DNA from: Octopus vulgaris
Taxonomy: Eukaryota
Direction: 5' to 3'
DNA length: 64,000 nucleotides
Assembly (NCBI GenBank): GCA_951406725.2
Contig: OX597817.1
Location: 83,948,001-84,012,000, forward strand
Numbering within the stretch: the first letter of the stretch is position 1; each line of letters starts with the position of its first letter. Position numbers and translations under genes: made by a program. Below, piece by piece: positions 39,811 to 52,861 of this stretch. A model generated the notes under the pieces. That model searched no databases, had not been told where the DNA came from, and saw only the letters and a program-made list of their open reading frames with translations.

Positions 39811-42049
39811 GCAAAATCACTGTTATGACAGATACTGGTGTCACGCAATTGGCCCCCATGCCAGTGGCATATAAAAGCATTCTGGTATCATGCAAACATC
39901 ACCCATGCCAGTGGCATGTAAAAGCACTCATTATACTCTTGGAGTGGTTGGCGTTAGGAAGGGCATCCAACTGTAGAAAACCATGCCAAATCAGCCTGGA
40001 GTCTGGTGCAGCCTTCGAGTATGCCAGCCTGGTCAAACCATCCAACCCATGCCAGCATGGACAACAGACATTAAATGATGAGGATGAGGATAAAATCAAC
40101 AGCCTATTTGCAATTGCTTCCAACAATTCCTACTCCCATGCAAATAATATCATCTTTCACTCCTCCCCAACCTTCTGTACACAATTTTCATCTACATGCA
40201 AACTTGGACACCTCATGCAAAATCTGCCTTGCTTCCAAGTACAGAGACTTCAAAAACAACATTCCGTTTTTCATATCAATATTGTTTCCTTCAACATCCA
40301 AAGATACAATTGCTATGCCTTTTTGAGGAAATATTCTTTTGCCCATTCCCACCAATCATAGGTTGCCTAATACTAAAAACCCACAACATACAATTGCGCA
40401 CACATATATATATAGGTTAGTAGAAAAATACATTACAGTGAATTTTATGGTGATTTTTGTTCTTTTCTTTTCTCATGAAAAGTGAGTAATCTGACATTTC
40501 AATCATGTTATTCTCTGGTGAGACAGAATATAGAAGTTGATACCATGGTTGCAGAAAAAGAACATAAAGAAAGTGTTATTGTGGATAGGTTGGTGTGGTG
40601 TGAAAGTAGAATAAGAGTGAGATGTTTGGGAGATGAGTGATGCCAGAGGAAATAAAATGAAGAAAAAGGGTGGTAACAGTCTACAGGAAAGAAATGATGA
40701 GAGCCAGGTTAAATGAAGTAGGTTAAAAAATGAGAAGACAGGGTGATAGAGAAAGTAACAAATACGGAATAGACCAGACATACATTCATATAAAATCAGA
40801 GACGGATGGAAAGTGTATATAAAGGAAGTAAAGCATTGTAAAGAGTGCAATGAACTCTTAGTAAAAAAAATATGACATATATTAAAAGCAAATACCAAAA
40901 GTAGAAATATATCAGTAAATTTGTACACTGTCAGCAGATACATAATCAAAAATAGCACAGTATACTTATGTCTAAGCAGTGTGTTTAAATAAAGTATGTA
41001 AAGCCACAAAACATTCGAGCGAGGTCGTTGCCAGTGCCACTGGACTGGCTCCTGTGCAGGTGGCACATAAAAAGCACCATTTGAGCATGGCCGTTGCCAG
41101 TACTGCCTGACAGGCCCTCATGTCAATGGCACGTAAAAGCACCCACTACACTCTCGGAGTGGTTGGCATTAGAAAGGGCATCCAGCTGTTGAAACTTTGC
41201 CAGATCAAGATTGGAATCTGGTGCAGCCATCTGGTTCACCAGACCTCAGTCAAATCGTCCAACCCATGCTAGCATGGAAAGCAGATGTTAAACGATGATG
41301 ATAATGATGAATACTGTGTAAGGAAAAAAGTCTTAAGTCAATAAAAACAGTTGAGGAGTTAAAGGGATATGTAAAGTCAGATGTTGGGGCATAGATTTTG
41401 TCTACAAAAGACAGAGTTATCTATGCGGGAGATAGAGCGTCCTTCATGTAGTTGCAGGATTTTAAAACCAAAGTGCCATTGAAAACCATAGACTGAGAGA
41501 GTTTTTACAAATGGCCATTTACATTTCATCACTTCCTTTGTGATATGCATGTGAAAATGCATTATTACTCATGTTACCACACTAATCACATACTGATTGT
41601 GACTCTGAGACTGAAATCCATTGTAGCACAATGCATTTTGTCTGCATTGCATTTAACTATTTGTGCTAGTAGTGGAAGGCTAAGGATTTTTCAGAATTAA
41701 GTTGCATATTACTTTCTTCAGTCAGCTTATATGTTGCATTTAAGTCATGTTGCATGAGCATAGCCTTGCCAGGGTTATTTATCACCTGTAATACATTTGT
41801 ACCATCTACATAGCTTGTAAGTATGCCTGTCTGTTTAACTGAGGGCATGTCTGCAAGAACCACTGTTAACAGCAGTGCCCCCAACACATTTCTCTATTGT
41901 TTTCCAAGAGATGGCCTCTTTGGCTACTACTGACAAAAAAATTGACATTTTTATACTAAACAACATTATACAAACACACACATATTGCAGGTGCCATAAG
42001 CACTAAAAATGCACAGACAATAGACTCCCTCAAATGCTCAAGGTGATCA

Positions 42050-42560
42050 TTAATAGTAGATAGCTTCTGTTACCTAGGTGACCAAGATACCAGTGAAGGA
42101 AGAAGTTCTCAAAATGTAATTGCTAGAATAAGGACAGGCTGGGCAAATTCTGAGAGATTCTACCTTTGTTGGTAACTAAGAGCCTTTTTCTCAATGAAAG
42201 GCAGATTTTATGGTGCCTGTGTACGTACAGTATGCTACATGGCAGTGAAACATGAGCTTTGACTACAGAGGACATGCAAAAGCTTGAAAGAAATGCTCTG
42301 CTGGATGGGTAATGTCAGTATGCACACGCCACAGAGTGTAGAAGATTTAAAAGGAAAACTGGGTATAAGGGGCATCAGATGTTGTTTGCAAGAGTGAATA
42401 CTGCGCTGGTTTGATCATGTGGTGTGTATAGATGAGGACAGCTTCACAAAGTGCTGAGCTCTAATTGTCGAGGGAACTTTGGAAAAGGTAGGCCCAGGAA
42501 GACGCTGGACAACATGGTAAGAAAGGATCTTTGGACGATTGAGCTTCACTGGGACCGGAA
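42050..42560 (+). mobile_element. RTE LINE 3' fragment, degraded
   Basis: Homologous to 19600-20240 (gatagcttctgttacctaggtgaccaag...ggtaggcccaggaagac). Confidence 0.7.
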
Positions 42561-43199
42561 GTTAAGTCGATTTTAGAGGATGTGTCAAGTTAAGTAAAAT
42601 TATTGTCAGCCATACATGCAGGCTTGTCTTTTACAGATACCGTTTCACCATAAAATGCACTTGTGCTGGTGCTGCGTAAATGCACCTGTACCAGTGGCAC
42701 ATAAAAAGCACCCAGCAGTCTGTAAAGTAGTTGGCATTAGAAAGGGCATCCAGCTGTAGAAACCATGCCACAACAGACAATCGGAGTCTGGACAGCTCCC
42801 AGGCTGGCCAGTTCCCGTCAAACCATTCAGCCCAAGCCAGCATAGAAGAGAGACGTTAGATGATTATATATATAAAATCATTATCTTTGGGCATATGATA
42901 TTAAACACAATGTATAATATAAAGTATATTACGATGCTATATACAATATAAAGTTTTGGAAGGGTCCATAAAATGAAGAAAGGCTAAATTAGAATATTTA
43001 CAAGACTGATCAAACAAAAAAAAAAATTAATGAATGCAACTCCCCAACCACTAAGCCATGTGCCCTCACAAAGTTATCAAACCGTGTGTGTGTGTGCGCG
43101 CGTGTATGTGTGTGTATCTGTGTGTAGATATAGATATGTATATATATATGTGTGTGTGTGCATACATACATGCATACACACACACACACACACACACAT

Positions 43200-43259
<60 letters not shown>

Positions 43260-43285
43260 GTATGTATATATGTATGAATGTATAT

Positions 43286-43562
43286 GATGAACTCTCTCGT
43301 CGAAAATGACGTATGAGCTTCCAGTTTTTGCCGAACGACCTGCACCAATGGTTTGTTTGTAGTGATCAAATGTTCGTGCCGCACATTAGCTCGCTCTCTC
43401 CATCAAATCGTTGTCTGAACAGGCGCACTGTGTAGCATGCGTCATGTGTCGAAGTGATCACAGTGCAACACGAGATCACAACTCACCACTAGGTCCATGA
43501 ATGGAAGCCAAGATCTAGCGATGGTGAATACAACTCCCCTACCACTAGGCCATGCGTCCTCA
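43286..43562 (-). mobile_element. tRNA-headed SINE family C; partial copies at 43030-43080 and 51524-51675
   Basis: The minus strand begins gaggacgcatggcctagtggtagg (A-box-like); the body is shared with 51524-51675. Confidence 0.6.
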
Positions 43563-43627
43563 CAAAGTTATCAAAATGTGTGAATGCGTGTGTGTGTGTG
43601 CATAAATACATAGATATATACTTATAT

Positions 43628-43683
<56 letters not shown>

Positions 43684-43860
43684 GTGTATATGTATGTACT
43701 TTTCTCGCTGGATTGCTTGTTCGTTTCTCTTTTTGCCATCTGTGATTTTATTTTTTCCCTTCTATATAAATAAAGATATTTGCTCCGTTTGGCTGCTTTT
43801 CTTTCTACAAAACAGAAGGTTACATGTTGGAACAGTCATTTTAACGAGTTGTATTTATTT

Positions 43861-43965
43861 ATCACCCGACGAGATACATCTGCACCACTGGATGCTCCTG
43901 AACCAGTTGTTGAGTTCCCATTCAACAGCAATCGGTGCTAGATGTGTCGAAACAATTGTCGTGAT
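43861..43965 (+). ncRNA. Type I hammerhead motif (U4C variant) with a long stem II, in a non-coding element at about 43697-44007
   Basis: atcac-CCGACGA-gatacatct-gcacc...ggtgc-t-agatgtgtc-GAAA-caattg-TC-gtgat. Confidence 0.8.
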
Positions 43966-44006
43966 TAATGATAAATTCTCGTATATTCCATCTTGTCTTT
44001 CATTTG

Positions 44007-44100
<94 letters not shown>

Positions 44101-44104
<4 letters not shown>

Positions 44105-44467
44105 GTAAAAAGTGAAAAAACTACAGAAGGCTTGTTTTAAAAGGTTAAAAAATATATTTGAGTCATTATGTCAGAAGAATGTTACAAAATTTTTTCATAC
44201 AGTGACATAGTTTTTGAAGAAATTACCTGTTTCGTGTTAACTTTTCAAATTTCTCAAAACGTCGTGTTATGTCTTCGTTATGTCTTCATAACGAAGACAT
44301 AACACGATATTTTAAGAAATTTGAAAAGTTAACACGAAACAGGTAATTTCTTCAAAAACTATGTCACTGTATGAAAATATTTTGTAACATTCTTCTGACA
44401 TAATGACTCAAATATATTTTTAACCTTTTAAAACAAGCCTTCTGTAGTTTTTTCACTTTTTACTATT
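44101..44467. repeat. Near-perfect 367-bp palindrome with a 4-nt loop; each arm has a U3-A8 hammerhead motif (44314-44352 +, 44217-44255 -)
   Basis: Arms 44101-44282 and 44287-44467; motif aagaaat-TTGAAAA-gt-taac-ac-GAAA-cagg-TA-atttctt. Confidence 0.85.
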
Positions 44468-44577
44468 TTCTATATATTTAACCACGTGCTTTTTTCACAC
44501 ACCAACTTTCTCACCTATATATATATATACATATATATGTATATATATATATATATATATAAATCTGTACATATATA

Positions 44578-45012
44578 TACAACCGAAAGGCACGAGTATA
44601 GTTGCCACCAAAGTGATTGAGAGTGCTAGTCAGCACCAGCAATGCTAGGAATAAGAATCTAAACAACATGAGAGCACTTTTCTAACCACCTATAAGGGAG
44701 ACAAGCTCTCTACGGCAAGCGAGCTGGAGTTATATCATCGATGATTTCAGATTTGATTAATCTTCATCAGTGACCCATTACTCCACCGCCGGGGGTTAAA
44801 AACTTAACTCACCTTAACACCATAGGAAACATTGACTGATTTCGAAAAAGGTGAAGTGAGAATTATAAATTATTAAAGTGACTATTTGCGATTTACAACC
44901 GAAAGGCACAAGAATAGTCGTTACTAAAGTGACTGACGGTGGTAGTCAGCACCAGCATTGCTAAGAATAAGAGTCAAAACAACTCTTATCCACGTGAGAG
45001 CACTTTTCTAAC
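44578..45012 (-). mobile_element. Non-coding 316-bp-period direct repeat (about 1.35 units) containing a hammerhead; retrozyme- or pLTR-like
   Basis: 44578-44686 recurs at 44894-45012; flanked by (TA)n. Confidence 0.75.
44727..44776 (-). ncRNA. Type I hammerhead motif with canonical core
   Basis: gggtca-CTGATGA-agatt-aatca-aatct-GAAA-tcatcgatga-TA-taactc; palindromic stem III. Confidence 0.82.
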
Positions 45013-45224
45013 GAATATATATATATTTGAAAAAAATTAATAGAAATATCTTTTTTGATCATCTTTCAGCTTTAATAATTAGATGTTTATATAAATCAAA
45101 TAATTTATAAACATATAATTATTAAAATGGAAAGATAAGCCAAAGCCATTTCTATTCATTTTCCCAAATATATAATACTGTATCAAGGACTTTCTATTTC
45201 CTATTCTATTATATATTAAAAAAA

Positions 45225-45558
45225 TGGGTAAAGATCCCTTCGGTCATGAATGACCATGGGATGCACTAGAAAGTTCCCCTCCGAGGCACAAGTCTGGGTA
45301 AGGTTCTTTATAGAAGACCAACAGTCGCCCATACATACCAGCCTCACCTCTCCATGCTACCGATGTTATCCAAAGGAAAGGTAAAGGCCGATACAGCTTG
45401 GCACCAGTGACGTTGCAACTCATTTCTACAACTGAGCGAACTGGAGGAACGTAAAATACACATTATTCAAGAGCACAACAGGCAGCCCGGTCCGAGAATC
45501 AAACTCACTACCTCATGATTGTAAGCCCGACGCTCTGATCACTGAACAATGCGTCTTC
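45225..45558 (-). mobile_element. tRNA-headed SINE family D
   Basis: Minus-strand head ...ttcagtgatcagagcgtcgggcttacaatcatgaggtagtgagtttgattctcgg (degenerate A and B boxes); related segment at about 54380-54650. Confidence 0.55.
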
Positions 45559-45780
45559 TACACGCACACACACACACACAAACATACACACACACGCACT
45601 TACACACACGCGCGCGCGCGCACAAGCACGCATACACATACAATCAAGCATACACACACGCACGTACACACACACAAATACACGCATACACACACACAAA
45701 CATACACATACACACACGCACGTACGTACAAACACACACACGCACACACACACGCACACACGCACACACACATATATATA

Positions 45781-46319
45781 TTAGGTTGGCAAGAAAGTAA
45801 TTTCGGGTTTTTAGTGTGAAATAAAAGTAATTTTTTAATCTCTATTTATAAAACTGAAATGCGAAAAGTTTGTTTGATTGTTTGTTTGTCTGGAACGGTT
45901 TAAAGGCCACTACATCCCGTCGGATTAACTTCAAAATTTATAGGGACATGTAAAATGAGGTGAGGATGCCAGTGGGCTAGGTTAGAAATCCTATCTTAAA
46001 AGGTGTCGTTGCTAGGGCCCAAAACGTACTTTGACAAGTCGACTCTCATTCTCTTATGTATCTGTCTTCCTCCCTCACTCACTATCTTTCCTCCCTTCCC
46101 ATCACTTTCTATATATAACGTCTAACTCCCCTTCACTTTCTCTTTATAACTTCGTCAAACGGCGTTCTATATCTCCCCCTCCTCCTCCCTGCCTTCCACA
46201 GCGCTTTCACACTCTCTCTCTCTACGTCTGTCTGCATTCATAGAGAGAATTATCATCGCCACAACCACCACACAATCATGAGAACAAATATTATGAATCA
46301 GATATTTATTGGGTTAATT

Positions 46320-46356
<37 letters not shown>

Positions 46357-46408
46357 ATCTATATATAAATATGTATATATAATGTATATATACAAATGTA
46401 TATATCTG

Positions 46409-46481
<73 letters not shown>

Positions 46482-47744
46482 ATTATATATATATATATTA
46501 TAATACCACACTCTTACCCGCGCGTAGAGCGGGTCACCTTAAGCTAGTCAATTATATATTTTCTATTTTGTTCGATGACCTTTTGCCAACTTCATTATTC
46601 TGGCAACTTCACTATTCTGTGCAAATAGAACTTTTGGTCTTTATCAGCCAAATCCTGGAGCAAGTGTGATTTGAGGTCATCATCATTATTGAAAATTTTA
46701 CCATGCAAAGAATTTTGAAAACTTCGAAATAAATAGTAATCTGATGGTTCAAGATCAGGGATATATGGTGGATGTGGCATCACTTCCCACCCAAGCTTCA
46801 CTAATTTTTCATGAGTTAGCAAAGACGTGTGAGGTCTAGCGTTGTCACAGTGGAACACGACTCCATTACGATTAGCCAATTCTGGCTGTTTTTCTTTGAT
46901 TGCTTCCTCCGCTTTCATTAGTTGTTGACAGTAAACATCTAAATTGATCATTTGGTTCCTTGGAAGCAGCTCAAAATATACAACAACTTTGTAATTCCAC
47001 CAAATTGACAGCATGACCTTTTTTTGCTGCAATTCAGCTTTTGATGTGCTGGTTCATTATGCTTGGACCATGATCGTTTTCGATTGATGTTATTGTAGAC
47101 AATCCATTTTTCATCACCAGTGATGATTCGTTTCAAAAGAACGTCGATTTCATTGCGTTTGAGATGCATATCACAAATATTGATTCATTATGTTAAGTGA
47201 ATCTCTTTCAATTTATGTGGAACCCAAATATCGAGCTTCTTAACGAGACCAAGACATTTTAAGTGATTTTCAGTTGTTGTGTGTGATACATATAACCTCT
47301 CTGCAATCTCGCACACAATTATATGATAATTAGATACAATTATGGCTTTGATTCGGTTATCCTCAACTTCAGTAGATCGACCAGAGCGTTGGTCATCTTT
47401 GAGTGAAAATCTCCAGAACGGAATTATTTAAACCATTTCTGACATGTGTGTTCTGTTAAGCAATCCACACCATAAACTCCACATATCTCTTTGTGAGCCT
47501 CGGCAGCTTTCTTGCCTTTACGGGAATAAAAAAGCAAAATATGGTGAAAATGTTCACTTTTGCACTCCATGTTAAAATTGATACTAACAGCTGTAAACGA
47601 AATTACGTGCAATTTACTTCTAAAGTAAGCTAAAAGTAATGGCTATCAAATGTCAAAAGGAAAAAATCATAACATTCACAAAAATCTTTTAAAAAAATTG
47701 TAACTCTATTTGCGAAAAGCGAAATCATTTTCTTGCCTACCCAA
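45781..47744 (-). mobile_element. Mariner transposon (second family), interrupted by a Helitron
   Basis: TIRs ttaggttggcaagaaagtaatttcg / cgaaatcattttcttgcctacccaa; RIITGDEKWIVY, FHCDNARPH and HPPYIPDLEPSDY motifs; 1255 bp without the insert. Confidence 0.93.
45839..46547 (+). mobile_element. Non-autonomous Helitron
   Basis: Inserted between A and T with no TSD; 5' TC; 3' hairpin acccgc-gcgtaga-gcgggt shortly before the terminal CTAG. The mariner sequence resumes directly after it. Confidence 0.85.
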
Positions 47745-47848
47745 CATTATTAAATGGATATAATAATAATAGTGGGAAACTCGTGGTTTACGCTGGCATG
47801 TCTTTAATTAAATACGTAACAAATAAGTAAGAAGCAGAGATGAGGGTG

Positions 47849-47899
47849 GTATTTACGATCGTTTCGATTTACTGGAGTAAGTAAATCTCTTCAGAATGC
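47849..47899 (-). ncRNA. Type I hammerhead motif with canonical core, in a non-coding element at about 47750-48128
   Basis: gcatt-CTGAAGA-gatttact-tactcc-agtaaatc-GAAA-cgatcg-TA-aatac; 8-bp stem II and palindromic stem III. Confidence 0.85.
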
Positions 47900-48394
47900 G
47901 AATATAGATAGATGCATCGGTTAGGATGTGAAAATGATTGATACACATGTGATGGTAATGTAAACAAAGTGGTAATTCTTACATTAAGATTTTGTTCTTG
48001 CACTGGTAAATTCGCTGCGTAGAAGTTTGCTTGTGGTAGATTGGTTAGTTTTGATAGGTAAGTGGGGCGGGGTCAGTATTATTTAGGTGCGGGTTACCTC
48101 GTTTAATTAAGCACATTTTTTCTCACGTAGGTATGTATGTATGTATGTATGTATGTATGTATGTATGTATGTATCCTTCGAGATACATACATACATACCT
48201 ATGTATGTATGTATGTGCATCTGTAAAACGAGATGTATCCTTCGAGATACATACATACATACATACATACCTATGTATGTATGTACATCTGTAAAACGAG
48301 AAGCACACGTGAGAAAAAATGTGCTTAATTAAATGAGGTAACCCGCACCTAAATAATACTGACCCCGCCCCACTTACCCATCAAAACTAACTCG

Positions 48395-49217
48395 AAGGAA
48401 TTCCACTGGAAAATGTGAACCATTTCTGCTACCTTGGGAGCCATCTGTCAGCAAAGGTAGACCTCAGCGATAAAATCCAGCACCGTCTGAAGTGTGCAGG
48501 AACAGCTTTCGGCAAGCTTCGAACAAGAGTTTTTGCTGATCGGGACATCCGAACCGAAATCAAACTCATGGTGTACAGAGCAGTCATTATTCCAACCCTC
48601 CTTTACGCATCCGAAACCTGGACCCCGTATAGTCACCACCTGAAAACGCTCGAGAAATTTCACCAACGCTGTCTTCGGAAGATCCTTAACATCAGCTGGG
48701 AAGACAGAAGAACAAACGTCAGCGTGCTACAAGAAGCAAAAATGACCAGCATCGAAGCCTATGTCATCAAAGGCCAACTAAGATCGAGCGGCCACGTGGT
48801 TAGAATGACTGACGAACGACTTCCCAAACAGATCTTCTACTCCCAACTCAAAGACGGCAAGCGTACAAAAGGAGATCAGAAGAAACGCTACAAGGACTCC
48901 CTGAAAACGAACCTCAAAAAGTGTGACATCGACTTCACTAACTGGGAGGAAACGGCAAAAAACAGACCACTCTGGAAAACCACCATCCATGAGGGAACGG
49001 CGACTTTCGAGTCGAAAAGGTCTGCAGAGCTGGAGGAGAAAAGACGACGACGGAAGGAGCGCCAACAACAACCACGTGCGACTCTCCCTTTCGGCACTAG
49101 ATGTCCGCACTGCGACCGATCTTTTCAAGCAAGAATTGGTCTTATCGGTCACCTACGGACTTACCAGCAAATTTGCGCGAAGACCATCATCCTTGACCTT
49201 GAGGGATTGCCATCAAA
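48395..49217 (+). mobile_element. RTE/BovB-like LINE, 5'-truncated, 3' ORF uninterrupted
   Basis: VNHFCYLGS...AFGKLR...LLYASETW...GHVVRMTDERLPKQIFY...CPHCDRSFQARIGLIGHLR; no stops in about 270 codons. Confidence 0.9.
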
Positions 49218-49367
49218 ATGTATGTATGTATGTATGTATGTATACATAAATGATATATATATTATATTTAAAAAGAGAATTCAGGTAGGTTCAACAATTT
49301 AGAACAATAATACAACATATATTTAGCCATGAAACCGGTGTATGCAAATTATTAAAATATATTTAAT

Positions 49368-49521
49368 GTGCAGGAGTGACTGTATGGTAAGTAGCTTGCT
49401 TACAAACCACATGGTTCTGGGTTCAATCCCAGTGCGTGGCACCTTGAGCAAGTGTCTTCTACTATACCCTCGGGCCGACCAAAGCCTTGTGAGTGGATTT
49501 GATAGACAAAAAAAGCCAGTC

Positions 49522-49587
<66 letters not shown>

Positions 49588-49850
49588 ATGTATGTATGTA
49601 TGCATGTATGTATGTATGCATGTATGTGTGTGTGTGTGTGTTTGTATGTCTGTGCTTGTCTCCCCACCGTCGCTTGACAACGGATGTTGGTGTGTTCACA
49701 TCCCCGTAATCTAGCAGTTCGGCAAAATAGAACGATAGAATAAGTACTAGGCTTACAAAGAATAAGTTCTGGGGTCGATTTATTCGACTAAAGGCAGTAC
49801 TCCAGCATGGCCGCAGTCAAATGACTAAAACAAGTAAAAGAATAAAAGAA
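49368..49850 (+). mobile_element. SINE family B, full length
   Basis: Complete head, internal (TA/TG/TATG)n and tail; lies between inverted arms 49263-49368 and 49889-49994. Confidence 0.85.
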
Positions 49851-51205
49851 TATACGTTGAATATATATGTCAATATACTTAATCTATTCATTAAATACAT
49901 TTTAATAATTTGCATACACCGGTTCTATGGCTGAGTATATGTTGTATTATAATTTTAAATTGTTGAACTTACCTGAATTTTCCTTTTAAATATATATACA
50001 GCTAACGTTTCAGGTTGTCTATCTGAGCACTTCACAGCGTTGTCTATGAAACAAACAAAAATACAACTATATACATACATATATGTGTGTTTGTATATCT
50101 TGTGTGTGTATGTATGTGCATATGAATATATACATGTCTTATTATTTTCAAAATTCTCTCGTCGACTATGTGACTGTTGAGTAGTAGTGCAACCCATTGC
50201 TCTATTCTCCATTGCTCTTTATCAAGTTCTACATAGGTAAAGCAATAAACCATTTGGAAGATCGTTTGGTTTTTCTGACCGTGGTGATGTATTTTGTCGC
50301 AATGCATTTTTTTTTCTGATATTCTACTGTTTCTGCTGCCTTACTTCCTGCTAGCAGAAATTGCTGCAAAATAAAATTTTAAATCAGTTCTGAGCACACA
50401 TACTTTTTTTTTTTTACCTACTAAAATTCATAAATTTAATTCCTCTGCCAATCATATTTTCTTTCCTTTTCTTCCATTGGGATTAAAGGATGTATCCGGC
50501 TTCATGTCAATATTGCTTCCAGACTGATGGCAGCATGAAGATTCCGGTTGCTTATGATTTTCTAAAGATAATAAAATCAGCTAAAACTAGTTTCATTCGG
50601 AAATGTTATCAAATAGCATGAAATGAAAGATTTTTTCGATCACGACTGCTTTTCTACTCGACTTCAATTTTTCTTAGCTTTTAAATATGACTCAAAAACT
50701 AAATAAGAATTATAGTAAAAGATTTATTGATTTTTATGAGTTCTGTTAAAGGAGTTTTATTTTTCAATAGAATAGGTTCTCAATACCCAACAGAATACCA
50801 TATTCATCTATTCTGAGAAGTCTTTTAATAATATTTATAGAAATTATTATTCTATAAATAAATGAAAAGGTTAAGTTTCTGTCCTCCAACAGATGGATGT
50901 GTATTTGTTTGAGACCTATATTCACTTTAGTCAACATTTTCATGTTTAAAAAAAAATATCATTTAACTCTTCATACATATAACATCTCTGTTTCTATCTA
51001 AACCACACACACACACGCACACAAATACACACACACACATACACACTAATATACATACACATACATATATACAAATATACATACATACATACAGACAGAC
51101 AGACAGATAGACAAACAGATAGACAGGCTGACGTCCGTATACATATATATACGTATATATACATATATATATTCACATACGCACACATACGCACACACAC
51201 ACACA

Positions 51206-51245
<40 letters not shown>

Positions 51246-51259
51246 TATACATATACATA

Positions 51260-52046
<787 letters not shown>

Positions 52047-52166
52047 TTTTTTAGAGTTTCCAACAAACATATAGTGAGGTAGCGCTGCATGGTATACAGT
52101 TACAGATATCTAGTATTCCCCCCTATCAAGACAAATCAAGATATAAAGATTGTAGATTCAGGCCAG

Positions 52167-52861
52167 AAGCGGCGGCTCGTGTGTAGGCACTGTGGGATTG
52201 CAGCACCCCCTATTTCCATTCGATATTATCAATAACATTCAATACAATGAGTCCTTTTTTCTTTAATTCTTGGTTTAAACTTGGTTAGTATATAATCTTA
52301 AGCTTAATGTCAATAATCATCCCTTGGTTTATGAAAAAAATGCAAAAATCCTTGTATAGACCTGTGCGCTTCATAGTTCCAGCGACGCGGTGTTTGGCTG
52401 TTGTGCGCATGCTCACATGCCCGAGATAGGAAGCTGCACGCTAGGGAGAGACAGCACTGTGATTCACGCAGTGCCGAGACTGGTGTGCTGGTGAAAGGTA
52501 GTGTTTCCTTTTGACTCTGGATGTGTTGTGCTTAAAAACGTGTTTATATTCTTCAATGTGATAAAGTGTAGATTTTGATTATTTGCCTGCTTCCAGCTAC
52601 AGTGTTGCTGTCAGGATATGAAAAATTGGGTAGATTTCACCCCCTTATTGTATGAGTTAGGGAGAATTTTTAAAAACAAGGGGGAATTCGCGGCAGCGTT
52701 TAGTGAACAAATTAAACACACCACCCGGCAGTGGTTAAAACTCGAACCGATCAAGTTTATGTACAAATATATGTTTGTTTCCTTTTATACAATATTAAAA
52801 CAATGGCTAAAAATTTTCTGAAGCAGCACAGCCAACTAATTTTATCTACGAGCCGCCACTG
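52167..52861. mobile_element. Possible non-autonomous hAT-like element
   Basis: Imperfect TIRs aagcggcggctcgt / acgagccgccactg; no clear 8-bp TSD. Confidence 0.5.

Noticed and set aside
39825-41066. ORFs 39825-40361 (178 aa) and 40503-41066 (187 aa)
   Set aside because: They start inside SINE/RTE tails and continue through low-complexity sequence; no domain or splice support.
49997-50045. GAAACGTT on the minus strand suggesting a minimal HHR
   Set aside because: No recognisable CUGANGA strand or stem II.
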